Positions 1 through 13,885 of a DNA stretch of 64,000 nucleotides are shown piece after piece. The position numbers were made by a program, and so were the translations under genes. The DNA is from the human T2T-CHM13v2.0 reference genome, Homo sapiens. The notes below the pieces were generated by a model. It ran no database searches. It saw only the letters and a program-made list of their open reading frames with translations, and was not told where the DNA came from. Within the stretch, counting starts at the first letter, position 1. The number at the start of each line of letters is the position of its first letter. The stretch lies in NCBI RefSeq assembly GCF_009914755.1, contig NC_060939.1, one strand, 5' to 3'.

Positions 1-1320
1 TCTTCTCTTCCATATTGTTTTTGAAGTGGCCAAAGACATTCTGATTCTTCCTACTCTGTATGTATATGTGATCTGTTCTTCCTTTTGAGAGCTTTAAAAC
101 TTTTATTCCTGAATTCCTGAAATGGCATGATATGTTACCTGGATGCTGGTCTTTTCTCATTCATTACTTTGAATTCTTAGTGGGGGCATTTGAATCTGGG
201 AATCCATAGCCTTGGATTCTTAGAAGTAACTTGTTTAATTTATAATTTCATTCTGTTGGTTTACTCTGAAAATCCTATCAGTTCAATATTGAATCTCCTG
301 GATTTTATATTGAATTTCTTATTTTTTAAAATAATTATCTCTCACTTTTTGTTTCCATTTTTTCAGGATTTTTTAAATCAAAGTAAAAGGTATATGGAGT
401 GAAATGCAAAGATTCTACATGTACAGTTGAATGAGTTTTGAAGGGTGTATACCATAGTTACCACTTATTTGTAGTTTCACATTCCATAGTCTTAGTTACC
501 CAAGGTACAGTACAATAAGACATTTTGAGAGAGAGGACATAGTCATATAACATTTATTACAGTATATTGTTATAATTGTTCTATTTTATTATTAGTTATT
601 ATTATCTCTTATTGTGCCTCATTCATAAATTTATGATAGGCATCTACATGTAGGATAAAATATATTATATATAGAATTTGGTTCTGTCCATGGTTTCAGG
701 CATCCACCAGGAGCCTTGGAACTTACTTCCTGAGAATAAGCGAGGGAAGCCTGTAGGCCTATGTGACCATCCTGTGTGGCCCATGTGACCACACAGTTAC
801 AATATAGAGCATTTCCATGACCCCATCTGGACAGTTCCACCCATACTCTGTAGAATAATCACTGCTCTGATTTCTATCACCATAGATTGGTTTTGCCTAT
901 TCTTGAATTTTATATAATTGAATCGTGTAATATGTACTCTATTAATATTTTTTGTTTAACATCTAACCTGATTACTGAGATTTTATTTTGGCTGAAACAT
1001 TTTTTAGTTTCCACGAGTCCCTTCTTATTCTCAACTCAATTATTTTCATCTCAAATTGTTCTTTCATGAGTGAGATATCTATTCTTAACTGTCTTAGGAT
1101 ACGAATTCTTTGTTTACTTTTTTTGCGGAATGAAGAGGAGTTTTCTTCTACTTTCCTTTTTCTCTGGATTCCTTTTCTATATTTATTTCAGTTTGCCTTC
1201 ATTCTGGATGTGTTCCTTAAATGTCCTGTGATTTTTGGCTTTCCAGTCCTATTTAATACGGAATACAGTCTGATTAAAATATCAAAGATCTATCTGGGGT
1301 TAAAGACATTGTTGACTGGT
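1..1320 (-). mobile_element. Ancient L1M (L1ME-like) fragments, antisense, composite
   Basis: T-rich decayed antisense L1 ORF1-like text at 1-370 and 960-1320. An antisense L1M 3'-end-like segment (tgaaatgcaaagattctacatgtacagttgaatgagttttg) lies between them and is interrupted by MER44A. Confidence 0.55.
452..753 (+). mobile_element. MER44A (Tigger7-derived TcMar MITE)
   Basis: Matches the recalled consensus (tacagtacaataagacattttgagagagag...ttacagtatattgttataattgttctattttattattag...ggtttcaggcatccacc). TA dinucleotide on both flanks. Confidence 0.85.
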
Positions 1321-1437
1321 AAGACTTACTCATGAAATAACTGAGGATTCAAAAATTATGTTGTGGAACATCCTTCTTCATCCAATTGGTAATGCCAGTT
1401 GGCATTCTGGAAGCTAAATTAGAAGAATCCTGATGGT

Positions 1438-1950
1438 CTCTATAAGTCAGGGTTCAACCAGAGAATTAGAACTAGTAGGAGATATAGGTATCTAGATGGA
1501 AATAAATATATAGATATAGGTCTATATCTTTATCTATATATGTCTATATGTACATAAATAAAGAGATTTATTTCAAGGCATTGGTTCATGCAATTGTTGG
1601 GGCTAGCTAGAGAAATTCAAAGTTCATAGACGAGGCAATTGGGAAGGGCAGATCACAAGCAGACTGGAACCCTAGGCATACAGGCTGAATTTTTTGTCCA
1701 CATGCCTCAGTCAAGAAGGAAAACCCAGAGGGTAGGGAGAGCAATTGCATAGCCAACAGCTGTTTGAAGTTTCTGGACCCAAGAAAGACCTATGCCCTTT
1801 CTTAAAGAGCTTGCCTTATTGGGCACGGCTACTCAGAATGATCTATTTTTTGATTAACTTAAAGTCAATGTATTAAATATTTCATTCACATCTTCAGAAT
1901 ACATTCGCAGTAGCACCTAGATTCATGTTTGACAGAATAACTGAGAGAGG
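1438..1950 (-). mobile_element. MLT2-type ERVL LTR
   Basis: agtcagggttcaaccagaga...agagatttatttcaaggcattgg...acttaaagtcaa...agcacctagattcatgtttga, with the internal (TA/TAGA) tract typical of MLT2. Confidence 0.7.
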
Positions 1951-2244
1951 GTGTGTACTACTACTATATGGCTGCTGCCTTGCTCTATCCTCCAACCATT
2001 CTGTGTAGCCCACCCTAACAAGAAACATGCATTGCAGGTATTCAATCTGCAGCGGCAACTAGGGTTATTTGTTTCTATTTTGTAAGTAACAAAGAATACC
2101 ACCGAGAAATTAACTGACACAAAGTGATATATCCAACACACAGACTGGGCCTCAAACGTTAAGTTCTAATGCATCACCTAATTTTGGTGAAACGTTAAGG
2201 GCATCATTTGCAGGAAACAAAGCAATTTTTAAGTGTGCTGGAAA

Positions 2245-3130
2245 TAGTCCCACTCTTATTGCAGTTGCCTAGGGAGGTTGAAATGGTATTTCCTGGTCAC
2301 ACCATGTACTTATCATCCATAAGCAGTGGACATAATAGAATACTGGAATGCTGATATGGTTTGGCTTTGTGTCCCCAACCACATCTCATCTTGAACTGTA
2401 TTCCTATAATCCCCACGTGTCATGGGAGAGACCCGGTGGGAGGTAATTGAATCACAGGGGCAGTTTCCTCCCATGCTGTCCTCTTGATAGTGAGTGAGTT
2501 CTCATGAGATCTGATGGTTTTATAAGGGGCTTCCCCCCTTGCTCAGCACTCATTCTGTCTCCTGCTGCCCAGTGAAGAGGTGCCTTCCACCATGATTGTA
2601 AGATTCCTGAGGCCTCCCCAGCCATGTGGAACGGTAGGGCAATTAAACCTCTTTTCTTTATAAATTACCCAGTCTCAGGTATTTCTTCACAGCAGTGTGA
2701 GAACAAACTAATACAAATGCCCAGTTGAATATTCAGCTGTAGATTTAATTATTGAATATCATTGTCACAATATTGTCTTGTAGTATATGGCATATGAAAC
2801 AAATCAGTTACTGACATATAGAGATGATTCTCCCACAGTCAAAAGCATAAAAAGATATAAAAACAAATGTGCCACCATGCAGAATTACAACACATGATTT
2901 GCAAGCAAAATGTCAGCTATTCTAAAAAAGACTCTAGTTCTGTATATCTCATGGTTTTAAATGTAAGAGTGAGATGCTTCCATCATGGTATCAAATAGTA
3001 GTTCCCCTAAATTGAAAGCTGTTACTGCCACGTGGCCATTGTGGATTCTTTCAAGTTTTAGTGCAGCAGAAGAGGCATGGGATCATGTCACTGACTACAG
3101 TCTTAATGACCTCGACTGTCAAGGACACTA
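2245..3130 (+). mobile_element. ERVL internal pol relic (integrase C-terminus plus dUTPase), split by THE1
   Basis: Co-linear with recalled HERV-L internal sequence: tcctggtcacaccatgtacttatcatcc...atagaatactggaatg in the integrase region, and aaattgaaagctgttactgccacgtggccattgtgga in the LPPGHFG dUTPase region. Confidence 0.65.
2352..2715 (+). mobile_element. THE1 (THE1C/D-like) MaLR solo LTR
   Basis: Complete LTR from tgatatggtttggc to actaataca. Perfect 5-bp TSD AATGC at 2347-2351 and 2716-2720. Confidence 0.95.
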
Positions 3131-3249
3131 CAAAGAGGGGAGCATGACATGTTAAACTCCTGAGATAGTTATCTCAAATTAAAGGAACAAAATTCTTTGC
3201 TAAGAACCTCAGAATAGCCTTAAGTCCCATGTCAGCCTCCAAGAAAGCT

Positions 3250-3712
3250 GTGGGAGATTGAATTATGGGTCCCAATACCCGAATCCAGTGAATAATAAGG
3301 ATATATTCACATGCATTGTCATGGAACTTTGCGATACCCTCCCACTTTGAGTGGAATCTAATTCTCCATCCCGCTGCTATTGGTCTCGGCCATGTGAATC
3401 ATTTTGGCCGGTAGAATGTCAGCAGTCAAGATGGTAGCAAAGCCATTGATGTGCTTATGTCACCTCCTTGGTCTCTTATGCTGCAAAGGTCACCTTGAGA
3501 AAAGCATGCCATGGGTAGTTACTGCTCCTTCAGTCTGTCCCCAGAATGAGATCTGGTAGAGCACACTTGAATCCTCTGATAGCCTGGAGAGTCTGTACTG
3601 TCCCTGTAGAGTTACAGCTAGACAATAGACCTGGGAGTGAGAAATAATTGTTTGCTATTTTAAGCCACTGAGCCTGGGGCAGTTTGTTACACAGCACTCT
3701 GCAGCAATAGCT
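3250..3712 (+). mobile_element. Old MLT1 (H/I/J-like) MaLR LTR
   Basis: Starts tgtgggagattgaattatgg. Contains ggccatgtga...ttttggcc..tagaatgt. Ends gagaaataattgtttgctattttaagccactgag...tgttacacagca. Confidence 0.7.
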
Positions 3713-4113
3713 ACAAAAGATAGAGGCTCAGTGCTGTAATTCTGGTATAACTCCATTTCTTGGATTTTTCACAAGATTCCATTCATCATCCCTTTTCATA
3801 AACCCCTCCACCTAAGAAAGTTTTAGTGTATTTCTCTTCTTTGCAACAAAATTATCTTAAATTAAACACAGATGAAATCATACTTCTTCTTTACAAAGTT
3901 TACTGACCTAGAAGGAGTAAAATCAAAAGAAATAATTGAGATCATTATTAATACAATAAAATAATATTAAATCTCAACTCTCGTAATATTAATTAGCCCT
4001 TTCTTGACAGAAAAATAAGTTTTAAATTTAGAACAATTTTATCTCTTAGGAAATATGGAAGATGTCATAAAACAACATTTAGAATGAAAATTAAGAGTAA
4101 TATATGTGAGATA

Positions 4114-5157
<1,044 letters not shown>

Positions 5158-5427
5158 TTTTTTTGTTTTTCTTAATGCTCTGAATTGCCTCTTTAGCACA
5201 CTGTTTAATAGAATTAAAGAAAGAAAAAGAAAACAGAATAAGAAACAGAAACATAGCATATAGGAATACAAGTGAAAGTTGTTTCTTTGGAGAAAGAAAT
5301 AAACAATAAAATTTGCCACTTCAAAGGGCATGCACAAGGATGCTCATGGTATTAGTATCATAGATGAAAATAAAAGCAAGAAAGTATCAATATAACCGTT
5401 GAAAAGAAAATAGATTGATCCATTTTA

Positions 5428-6732
5428 AGAGGGGACTTTTAAAAGTTTGGGGAAAAATGGAATTAAAAGATTTTTTAAGAAACTCTTTATTTCTCACTGT
5501 AAGCCTTATGAAGGTTAAAACATATTCATAAGAGATTATACAGTCATTTAGTTCATCTCTAATGAACTGAGCATCCAAGGAATTCAACCATGTCAAGGCA
5601 ATCATTTTTACATTGTTATTTGCAGAAAAAAAATGGGTGCCCTTTAAAGACATTTTAAGATTAGGAAACAAAAAGAAGTTAGAAGGAGCCAAATCAGAAC
5701 CTTCAGGTGAGGGCCTAATGATTTCCTACTAACACTCTCACAAAATTGCCCTTGTTTAATGAGAGGAATGAACTAGAGTGTTGTCATGGTAAAGAAAAAC
5801 TGATGAGGTTTTCCTGGGTTGTTTTTCTGTTAAAGCTCTTGTTAGCTTTTTCAAAACACTTTCATAATGAGCAGATGTTATCATTCTTAGGCCCTTCAGA
5901 AAGACAACAGGTAAAATACGTTCAGCATCTAAAACACTGTTGCCGTGATCTTTGCTGTTGACTGGTCTGCTTTTGTTTTGGTTGGACCACTTCCACCTCC
6001 TGGTAGCCATTGCTTTGGTTGTGCTTTGGCTTCAAGATCATACTGTTAAAACTATATTGCATCACTTGTTTCAATTCTTCAAAGAAATGCTTCAGGATCT
6101 TGATTCCACTTGTTTAAAATTTCCATTGAAAGTTCTGCTCTTGTCTGCAGCTGATCTGGTCATAACAGTATCAGTATCCATGGAATAGAAAGCTTGCTCA
6201 ACTCTAATTTTTCAGTCAGCATTGTGTAAGCTGAATCAATTGAGATGTGTAAGCTGAATCAATTGAGATGTCTATAGTGTTGGCTATTGTTTCTGCTTTT
6301 AACCATAGGATCATCTTCGATTACAGCATGAACAAGATGAAATTTTTTCTCACAAATTGATGTAGATGATCTGTTGCTACAGGCTTCATCTTCAACATTG
6401 TCTTATGCCTTCTTAAAATGAGTTATTCATTTGTAAATACTGATTTACTTTGGGCATAGTATCCATGAACTTTTCATAAAGTATCAATGATTTCACCCTT
6501 CTCCACCCAAGCTTCACCAAAAATTTGTTGTTTGTTCTTGTTTCAGAACTTATGTTGCTCTGATAGAGGCTCTTTTCAAACTGATGTCTTATCCTTCTTA
6601 GTACCTCAAACTAGATCCCCTTCAGACATGTTATAACAAGTTAGTACAAGTTTATTTTGGTGCAAAAAAATGAAATCCATGCACAGTTTCTTCATAATAC
6701 ACATTTTCTGTGAACTTTTTGAAGTTCCTTTG
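5428..6732 (-). mobile_element. Full-length HsMar2 mariner transposon (transposase pseudogene)
   Basis: About 1.3 kb. Degenerate TIRs (agaggggacttttaaaagtttggggaaaaatg / cattttctgtgaactttttgaagttcctttg) with TA on both sides. Minus-strand frames give ITSAHYESVL..HDNTLVHSSH and APSNFFLFPNLK..LKGTHF. Many stops and frameshifts. Confidence 0.95.
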
Positions 6733-7508
6733 TATTTACACAATGAAATGTTCACAGCAGTGGGGAAAGAACTGATTTAGAGTTGCATGCCTCAATGGGG
6801 ATTAATTTTACAAATATAATGTCTGTGTTAATTTACTCTAATCAGAATCTACCCAAGTTGGAGGAAGGAAGTCAGGTGAACATCTAAACAAAATCAGATC
6901 TCTGCCAGTAAGAAAGGATGTAAAGGGCTACCAAATAAGCAATCCACAGTGTCTATTTAAATGGCAACTTGAAAGGTGTGATCACACAAAGAATCAGTAA
7001 ATGTAGATACACTATATTGTACTTGTGTAGACGGTAGTCTATAAAAATCTGCCACGCCACAATGCAGAGAAAGAGAACCTGTCAGTCTACTGGTCTCCAG
7101 GAGCTGAGGAGACAATACTAGAATTCTAGAGAGACAAAATCAGCTAAAGTATACTGGGCAGCAGACCAGACAAGAAAGAGCTGCATAGATAGCTCCAGAC
7201 ATTAGCAAAGGGTCACACTTGATGCTTCAGCTAAGTACTCCTGGGTACATGTTTGTGAAAAAAAAAGAGACAAAGATCAGAGAAGGAACCACCTAAAAGG
7301 AGCAATAGGAATAATCCCTGAAGCTTACACAGTTATTGCTCTCACTGCCACACAAAAAAATATCATAATTCAAAAATAATCAGGCAGACAACTGAGAAGC
7401 ATATTGCCTCACTAGTGGCGCAAGTTTAGCCTTAGAATAATGATGCCCTGAATCCAGTTAATAAAGTTTAAAAGCAAGATGTACTGGATCAAAATTTTTC
7501 TGAATAAC

Positions 7509-7620
7509 TAGGATGAATAATCATCAAACTATTCCCTGGATAGAAAGGTTCCTGGGATGCAGGATGTTTAGTTTTTTAAAAAAGACACTTCCAGGTAAAT
7601 TGAATGAGATAATCACACTA
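7509..7620 (+). mobile_element. MER81 (hAT-Blackjack MITE) nested in L1
   Basis: 112 bp running taggatga...ttcctgggatgcaggatgtttag...ttccaggtaaattgaatgagataatcacacta, co-linear with the recalled MER81 consensus and with degenerate TAGGGTGA TIRs. Confidence 0.6.
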
Positions 7621-10600
7621 CGAAGCAAAAGGATAGTTACCAAAACATAAAAACATCCAGGAATGAATAAGGAAAATTCCACAAACTTTGAAATTCAATA
7701 AAAAATTAACAGGTATATAAATAATTAGGTATATGTGACCCATAATTAAGAGAAACATAAATCAATAGAAATAGACCCAGAAATGACAAAGATAATAGAA
7801 CACTTTAAAAGTTATTATATTATACTCTATATATTCAAGAAAGTAAAGATTGTCCATACTAACAAGAAACATACAAATAAATGTTTTAATAGATCATTGA
7901 ACTTACAGCAATAAAAAGTATAATATACAAGGTGATAAATACAATGGATTGAACCAACAGTAGATTAGATATGGAAAAGGAAAAGATTATTGAACTAAAT
8001 ACACAAAACAATCCACGATAAAAAGAACATACACACAGAGACTGAATATAGTAAACATAGCATCAGTGAGGCATAGGACAACTTTAAGCAATTTAGACTT
8101 AGTATACATGTAACTGCAGTCCCTGAGAGAGTAAAGGAAAGGGAAAGAGAAAAATTATTTAAAGAAATAGTGGCTGAAATTTTTCCAAGTTTGATAAAAA
8201 CTATAAACCCACAGATCCAAGAATCTCAAAAAACTCCAGGCATAAAGAAAAGTGATGAAAACTTCACCAAAATATATCATGATGAAATTGTTAAAGGAAG
8301 TAATGAAAATAAATCTTAAACGCAGCCAGAGATGGGGAGAAAGAGATTATTTGTAGAACAATCATCTAAATGACAGCAGATTTCTCAGAAATAATTCAAG
8401 CTAGACCACAGTGAAGAAATTTCTTTACAGTACTAAACATGGAGAAAGTCTCTCAACCTAGAATTATATACCCAGCAAAACATAAGGGCTTTCTCAGACA
8501 CACAAAAGCTGAGAGAATTCAGCAGCAGCAGAGTAATGCTACAATAAATGTTAAAAGTTGTTCAGGTAGAAGGAAAATTATACCAGAGAGAAATACAGAC
8601 ATAAACTAATGAAGAGCCCAGAAATAGCAACTACATGGGTAAATACATAATTTTTCTCTTTCATTTAAATAAGCTTGATCATAATTTCTAATCTTCTGCA
8701 CAGAAATGTGATTATTTAAAACATAATAATGTTTTAAAAGGGTTTGTAACATATGTAGAAGTAATAATAATAAAGAAAAGGTAATATGGACATGGAAGAG
8801 TAACACAGTAAGGTTTCCGTAATATGTATCAATTTATGTGCTACTGTTTGAAGGTCAACACTGATAATTCAAAAATGCATGCTATGAACCCTAAAGCAAC
8901 CACTAACAAACAGTACTGCGACAGCTAATAAACTAATGATGGAGTTAAAGGGAACCATACAAAAATTTTAATCCCAAAGAACGTAGAAAAAAGAGGGAAA
9001 AGGGAACCAAGAAGAGATGTAGCTTATCAAAACATATAGAAGCATGGTATATGTAAATCCAATCATATTGATAATCATTAAACTTAAATAGTCTAAAAAG
9101 TTGATTAAGAAGCTAGAAATTATTATGTGAATAAAGTAGCAAGATCCAATTTTATGCTGCCTATAGGAAATGAATTTCAAATATAAAGACACAAATAGGT
9201 TAAAAGAAAAAAACAGGGAAAGTTACACACCGCTAATAATAGTCAAATAAAGTCAGAGTGGCTATTTTATATCAGATAGAGTATGTTTCATAGAAAATAT
9301 ATCACTATGGATAGAGGTGGACATTTCCTGATGATAAATGGATATATTTCAATCCTAGGATATTTAGGATAACAATCCTAAATGTTTATGTACCTAATAA
9401 CAGAGCTTCAAAATACGAAAATAAAAACTGATAGAACTTTAAGGAGAAATATTCAAAACTCCCAATTATACTTGGAGATTGAATCAACCTTCCTTAACAG
9501 GTGATAAAACAATTAGACAAAAAACCAGTAAGGATATAGAAGATGTCCAATACTCTCAAAATATTCGACCTAATTGAAACTTATAAAACCTCTACTCAAC
9601 AATAGAAGAATGCATATAAAAAGTGCACAGAGAACATTTACTAAGCCAGACTGTATTACGGGCCATAAAATGCGGATAAAATTTAAAAATCAAATGGTAC
9701 AAAGTATATTCTCTAACTAGAAAGGAAACAAATTAGAATTTACTAACACAAAGATATCCAGACAATCTCCAAAGATTTGCAAACAAAATAACACACATAA
9801 AAATAACCCACAACCCAATAACTGAGTTTAAAAGGAAAAGTAGGAAGCACTTTGAACTGGATGGAAACAAAAATGCAACATGCCAAAATAGGTGGGATGC
9901 TTCTAAAGCAAGAGTTACCAAAAAATGGATAGCAAGAAACTTCTTAAATTAGAAAAGCAGAAAGTTATCAAATTAATATCAGCTTCCATCTTAAGAAAAA
10001 GAAGGAAAACAAGAGCAAAATAAAACGAAAGTAAAAAGACGAAAGAAAATTAGAAAGGTCAAAGTAGAAATAAAATAGATAACATAAAAACAATAGAAAA
10101 ATCAATGAAGAAAAATCTGCTTCTTTGAGGAGATCTGCAAAATTGACAAACCTCTAACTAGCCTTATCAGTAAAGAAAAAGACAGAATTCATAAATTATA
10201 AATACCATGAATGTGAGACGGTAGCATCATTTTAAACTCTGCAGATGTTACGGATCTAATACAGAAATATTAAGGACATGATGTCAATACACTCCACAAC
10301 TTAGATAAAATGGATCAATCACTTGAAAGATACAAACTACCAGTGCTCATTCAAAAAGAAACAGATAATCTGAATGGCCCTATATTTGCTGCAGAAATTA
10401 AATATATGGCTAAATATTTGTTAAATAATAAAACCCCAGGCTGAGATGACTCCATGAGTGAATATTAACAAACATTTAAAGAAGATAAAATACTAATTCT
10501 ACGTAAGCTCTTTCAGAAAATTAAGCGTGAGAAAATACTTCCCAATGTAATCTACGAGGCTAATATTACATGCATACCAAATTCAGGCACATAAATTATA

Positions 10601-10627
10601 ATAACAAATAAAGAAAATATTCTTCTA

Positions 10628-10940
10628 GGCCAGGCACGGTGGCTCACACCTGTAATCACAGCACTTTGGGAGGCTGAGGCGGGCAGATCACAAGGTCAGG
10701 AGTTCGAGAATCAGACTGGTCAACATGGTGAAACCCCATCTCTACTAAAAATACAAAAAATTAGCTGGGCGTGGTGGTGCATGCCTGTAATCCCAGCTAC
10801 TCAGGAGGCTGAGGCAGGAGAATCCCTTGAACCAGGGAGGCCGGGGTTGCAGTGAGCCAAGATGGAACCACTGCACTCCAGCCTAGGCGATAGAGCTAGA
10901 CTTCGTCTCAAAAAAAAAAAAAAAAGAAAAAAAAGAAAAA
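10628..10940 (+). mobile_element. AluS (Sg-like) inserted in L1 ORF2
   Basis: Full dimer with A tail. Diverged TSD aagaaaatat on both sides. Confidence 0.95.
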
Positions 10941-11989
10941 AGAAAATATCCATCGTGAACATAGAAGCCTAAATGCTAGACAATGTTTTAGTAGGTTGAA
11001 TCCAACAATTTATCCAAATGATATTATAATACATTATAAAAAAGTGGAGTTTATCATAAGAAAGCAAGGTTGGTTTACATTCAAAGATTAAGCAGGATAA
11101 TCCACCACATTAACAAACCAAAATTGATCAACTCTATAGTTATTTCATTATATGCAAACGTAAACATTGGTAAAATCCATCTATTTAATATTTCTGATAA
11201 AAATTTTCAGCAAACCAGGAATAGAAGGAAATTTTTTAATCTGATAATGGAAATTTATGAAAAATTTACAGCTAACATCATATTTAATGATAAAGAACTG
11301 AATGTCCCCTCCTATCAGATTAGGAGTAAGATAGGAATGTCTGTTCTCACAATCTCTATTCAATATTATATGGGAGTTCTAACCAATGGAATAGGCAAGA
11401 AGAACAAACAAAAGCCATCCATATTGGAAATAAATAAATAAAACTGAGTTTATTTATAGATCATATATTGTCTATTTAGAAATCTGTCATTTTCTGCAAA
11501 AAAGATACAGAATAAATGAGTTTAAAAAGGTTGCAGATACAATACTAATATAAAAAGGATATTATTAGAAATTATATACAGAAAAATATACTAGCAATGA
11601 CTAATTAGAAACTGAAGCTTACCAAATAATACCACTACAACTACCTGCAAAAGATCTTACACTGAAAACAGTATTGACAGGTGTATAGCGATGTCAAAAT
11701 TGATCAAGTTATGCACTGTTAATATGTTCAGCTTAATGAACATTATATAGACTTCAATGAACTTACAAAGTTAGGGTGAAACCATCTTTTGTATAGTATT
11801 TCATCATATCATTTAGCCTTCAGAGGTTACAGACATATGCTTATTTCTATATTAAAACCTTTCCTGTTATTTGTTTCATTGCCCCATGAAAATTAAAGGA
11901 ACATTCAATTTCAAAAAAATAAAAATAAAAAATAAAAAAGGGTACATTAGTTTTAAAGACAGTTGATCTTACTGTTCAATAAAGTCAGC

Positions 11990-12690
11990 TTACCAGCACT
12001 TCAGAGTGCTGGTAAGAGCCCAGGCATCTATACCTGGGCTTCTTATCTTGTGGTTACAAGACAGCTAGAGAAGCTCCAAGCATCACATTCTAACAGAACA
12101 GTGGCCAAAGGCAAACAAGTGCTATTTCTTCCAGTGTGCCTTTCTTTACAAGTTCCTCTCAGAACCTCCTCCCTTTCTCATGGGCACATACCCAGCAGAT
12201 TTCCACTGATGTTTTATACCTGTCTTGAGTTGGGTTATAAGTAGAATTTAGCTCACAGATCAAGAAGTCTGCAGATAGTGCAGTTCCAACTTGGCTTTTT
12301 CAGAGCTCAACAACCTCATCAGAGAAGCAGATTTTCTCTATCTTTTTGCAATGCTGCACTCAGCATGCTATTATTTTCCCCTCAGCCTTGTCCTATCATG
12401 GATAGAACAGCTCTAATCATTACCTTCTCACAAAACAAAGACCAGAAGATAATGCTCTCTTCTTTCGAATCCCTCATTAAAGCTAATAAAATTGAGCAAA
12501 TTGTGACTTAGGGAAGAGACTTTCTTGATCTGAATTGCCTTGCATGCCCTTTTTCAAAACACTGCCAGGATAATAGATCTACCACCAACACATTAAGCAA
12601 AATGAACTCCCTCTCCACAAAAACTGGGCAGAACGTAGCTTTCTCCTAAGCAGATAAAGTCAACGAAGATAGGACCAGCGGTGTTTGCTA
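11990..12690 (-). mobile_element. Possible very old MLT1 (K/L-like) fragments
   Basis: Weak resemblance only (ttctctatctttttgcaatgctgcactcagcatg; cccagcagatttccactgatg). Confidence 0.3.
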
Positions 12691-13582
12691 TACCGAGGCT
12701 GAATCACAAGAGCCACCTTATTATTAATTACAAGATAAAATAGAAGTCAATAATAGCCCTGTAGTATCTGGGATCTCAGGGAATGAAAGAATTCTTTATA
12801 TAACCCAATCCAGGAATAAAAAAAATGCAGTGTGCATGCCACTATCCCTGTCAATATGCAAACATAGGCACACAGAGCAGATGTCAATAATCTAACATCA
12901 CGTCTTTGCCATTGAGTCCAGGTGCAATCTTAGCATTCCCTTTAACCTTGTACGCTAGGTAACCCCCATTGATCAATCAGTGGTCACGTGCAATAAAAAA
13001 TATTTTTTCATTCTTCTTGCCTTCAAGGAAAGAACACATCTGAACTGTTGAGAGCTAACGATACTGTCTCTAAATTCAGATTTCCAGTGAAGATATTCTC
13101 CAAGTCCAGAATTCCAACTCAGCTCTCATTCTTACCTGTAGACAAGAGGCTGCCCCCAGCCATGAGTGGTTGGATTTCTCTGTTGTTTTCCCAAGGATGT
13201 GACTTTGTGTAGGATCTCAGTAACAGTCATAAGACCACCAAGTATCTAAATTCTGAGAACTTAGGAAAATATGCCAATATGAAAGTGAACAAAAGGACTG
13301 TCTAAAATGGAAGACCAGACATATTCCAAAACCAATGTCTGGGTTCATCTTATTTCTCCTTAAAACATATTTCATATCCAAAATGCCAGAAGAGATTTTC
13401 TTCCATGGCATAATTCTACCTCACCTACCTTATAAAAAACTGGAATATTGTTTTAAGAAAACATTACTCTCCCCCTACCATGCAGAATTTTCCACTTTAC
13501 ATTTCTTCCTCTCCTTCATTATTGAGAAATTAATAAGCCTTCTCAGCAGAGTTTTGGAATCATCTGACAATAAGACTTAACC

Positions 13583-13885
13583 AGCCTGGCTGTGGTGGCT
13601 CACACCTGTAATCCCAGCACTTTGGGAGGCCGAGGCAGGTAGATCACTTAACATCGGGAGTTTAAAACCAGCCTGGCCAACATAGCGAAACCCTGTCTCT
13701 ACTAAAAATACAAAAATTAGTTAAGTGTGGTGGTGCGTGCCTGTAATCCCAGCTACTCTGGTGGCTGAGGCATAAGAATCACCTGAAGGAGGCAGAGGCT
13801 GCAGTGAACAGAGATCGTGCCACTGCACTCCAGCCTGAGCAACAGAGCGAGACTCCGACTCAAAAACAAAACAAAACAAACAAAA
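13583..13885 (+). mobile_element. AluS (Sx/Sz-like)
   Basis: Full dimer with (CAAAA)n tail. TSD aagacttaac at 13572-13581 and 13886-13895. Confidence 0.95.

Larger units (their letters stand above)
7060..11765 (+). mobile_element. Near full-length old L1M (L1MC/MD-like): 5'UTR, ORF1, ORF2 to the RT domain, then 3' terminus
   Basis: ORF1-like sequence at about 7740-8620. Endonuclease region at about 9050-9730 (aatgtttatgtacctaataacagagc, ggagatt). RT-like ORF at 11070-11441 (KFTANIIFNDKEL). L1M 3' end at about 11680-11765. All frames are disrupted. Confidence 0.85.
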
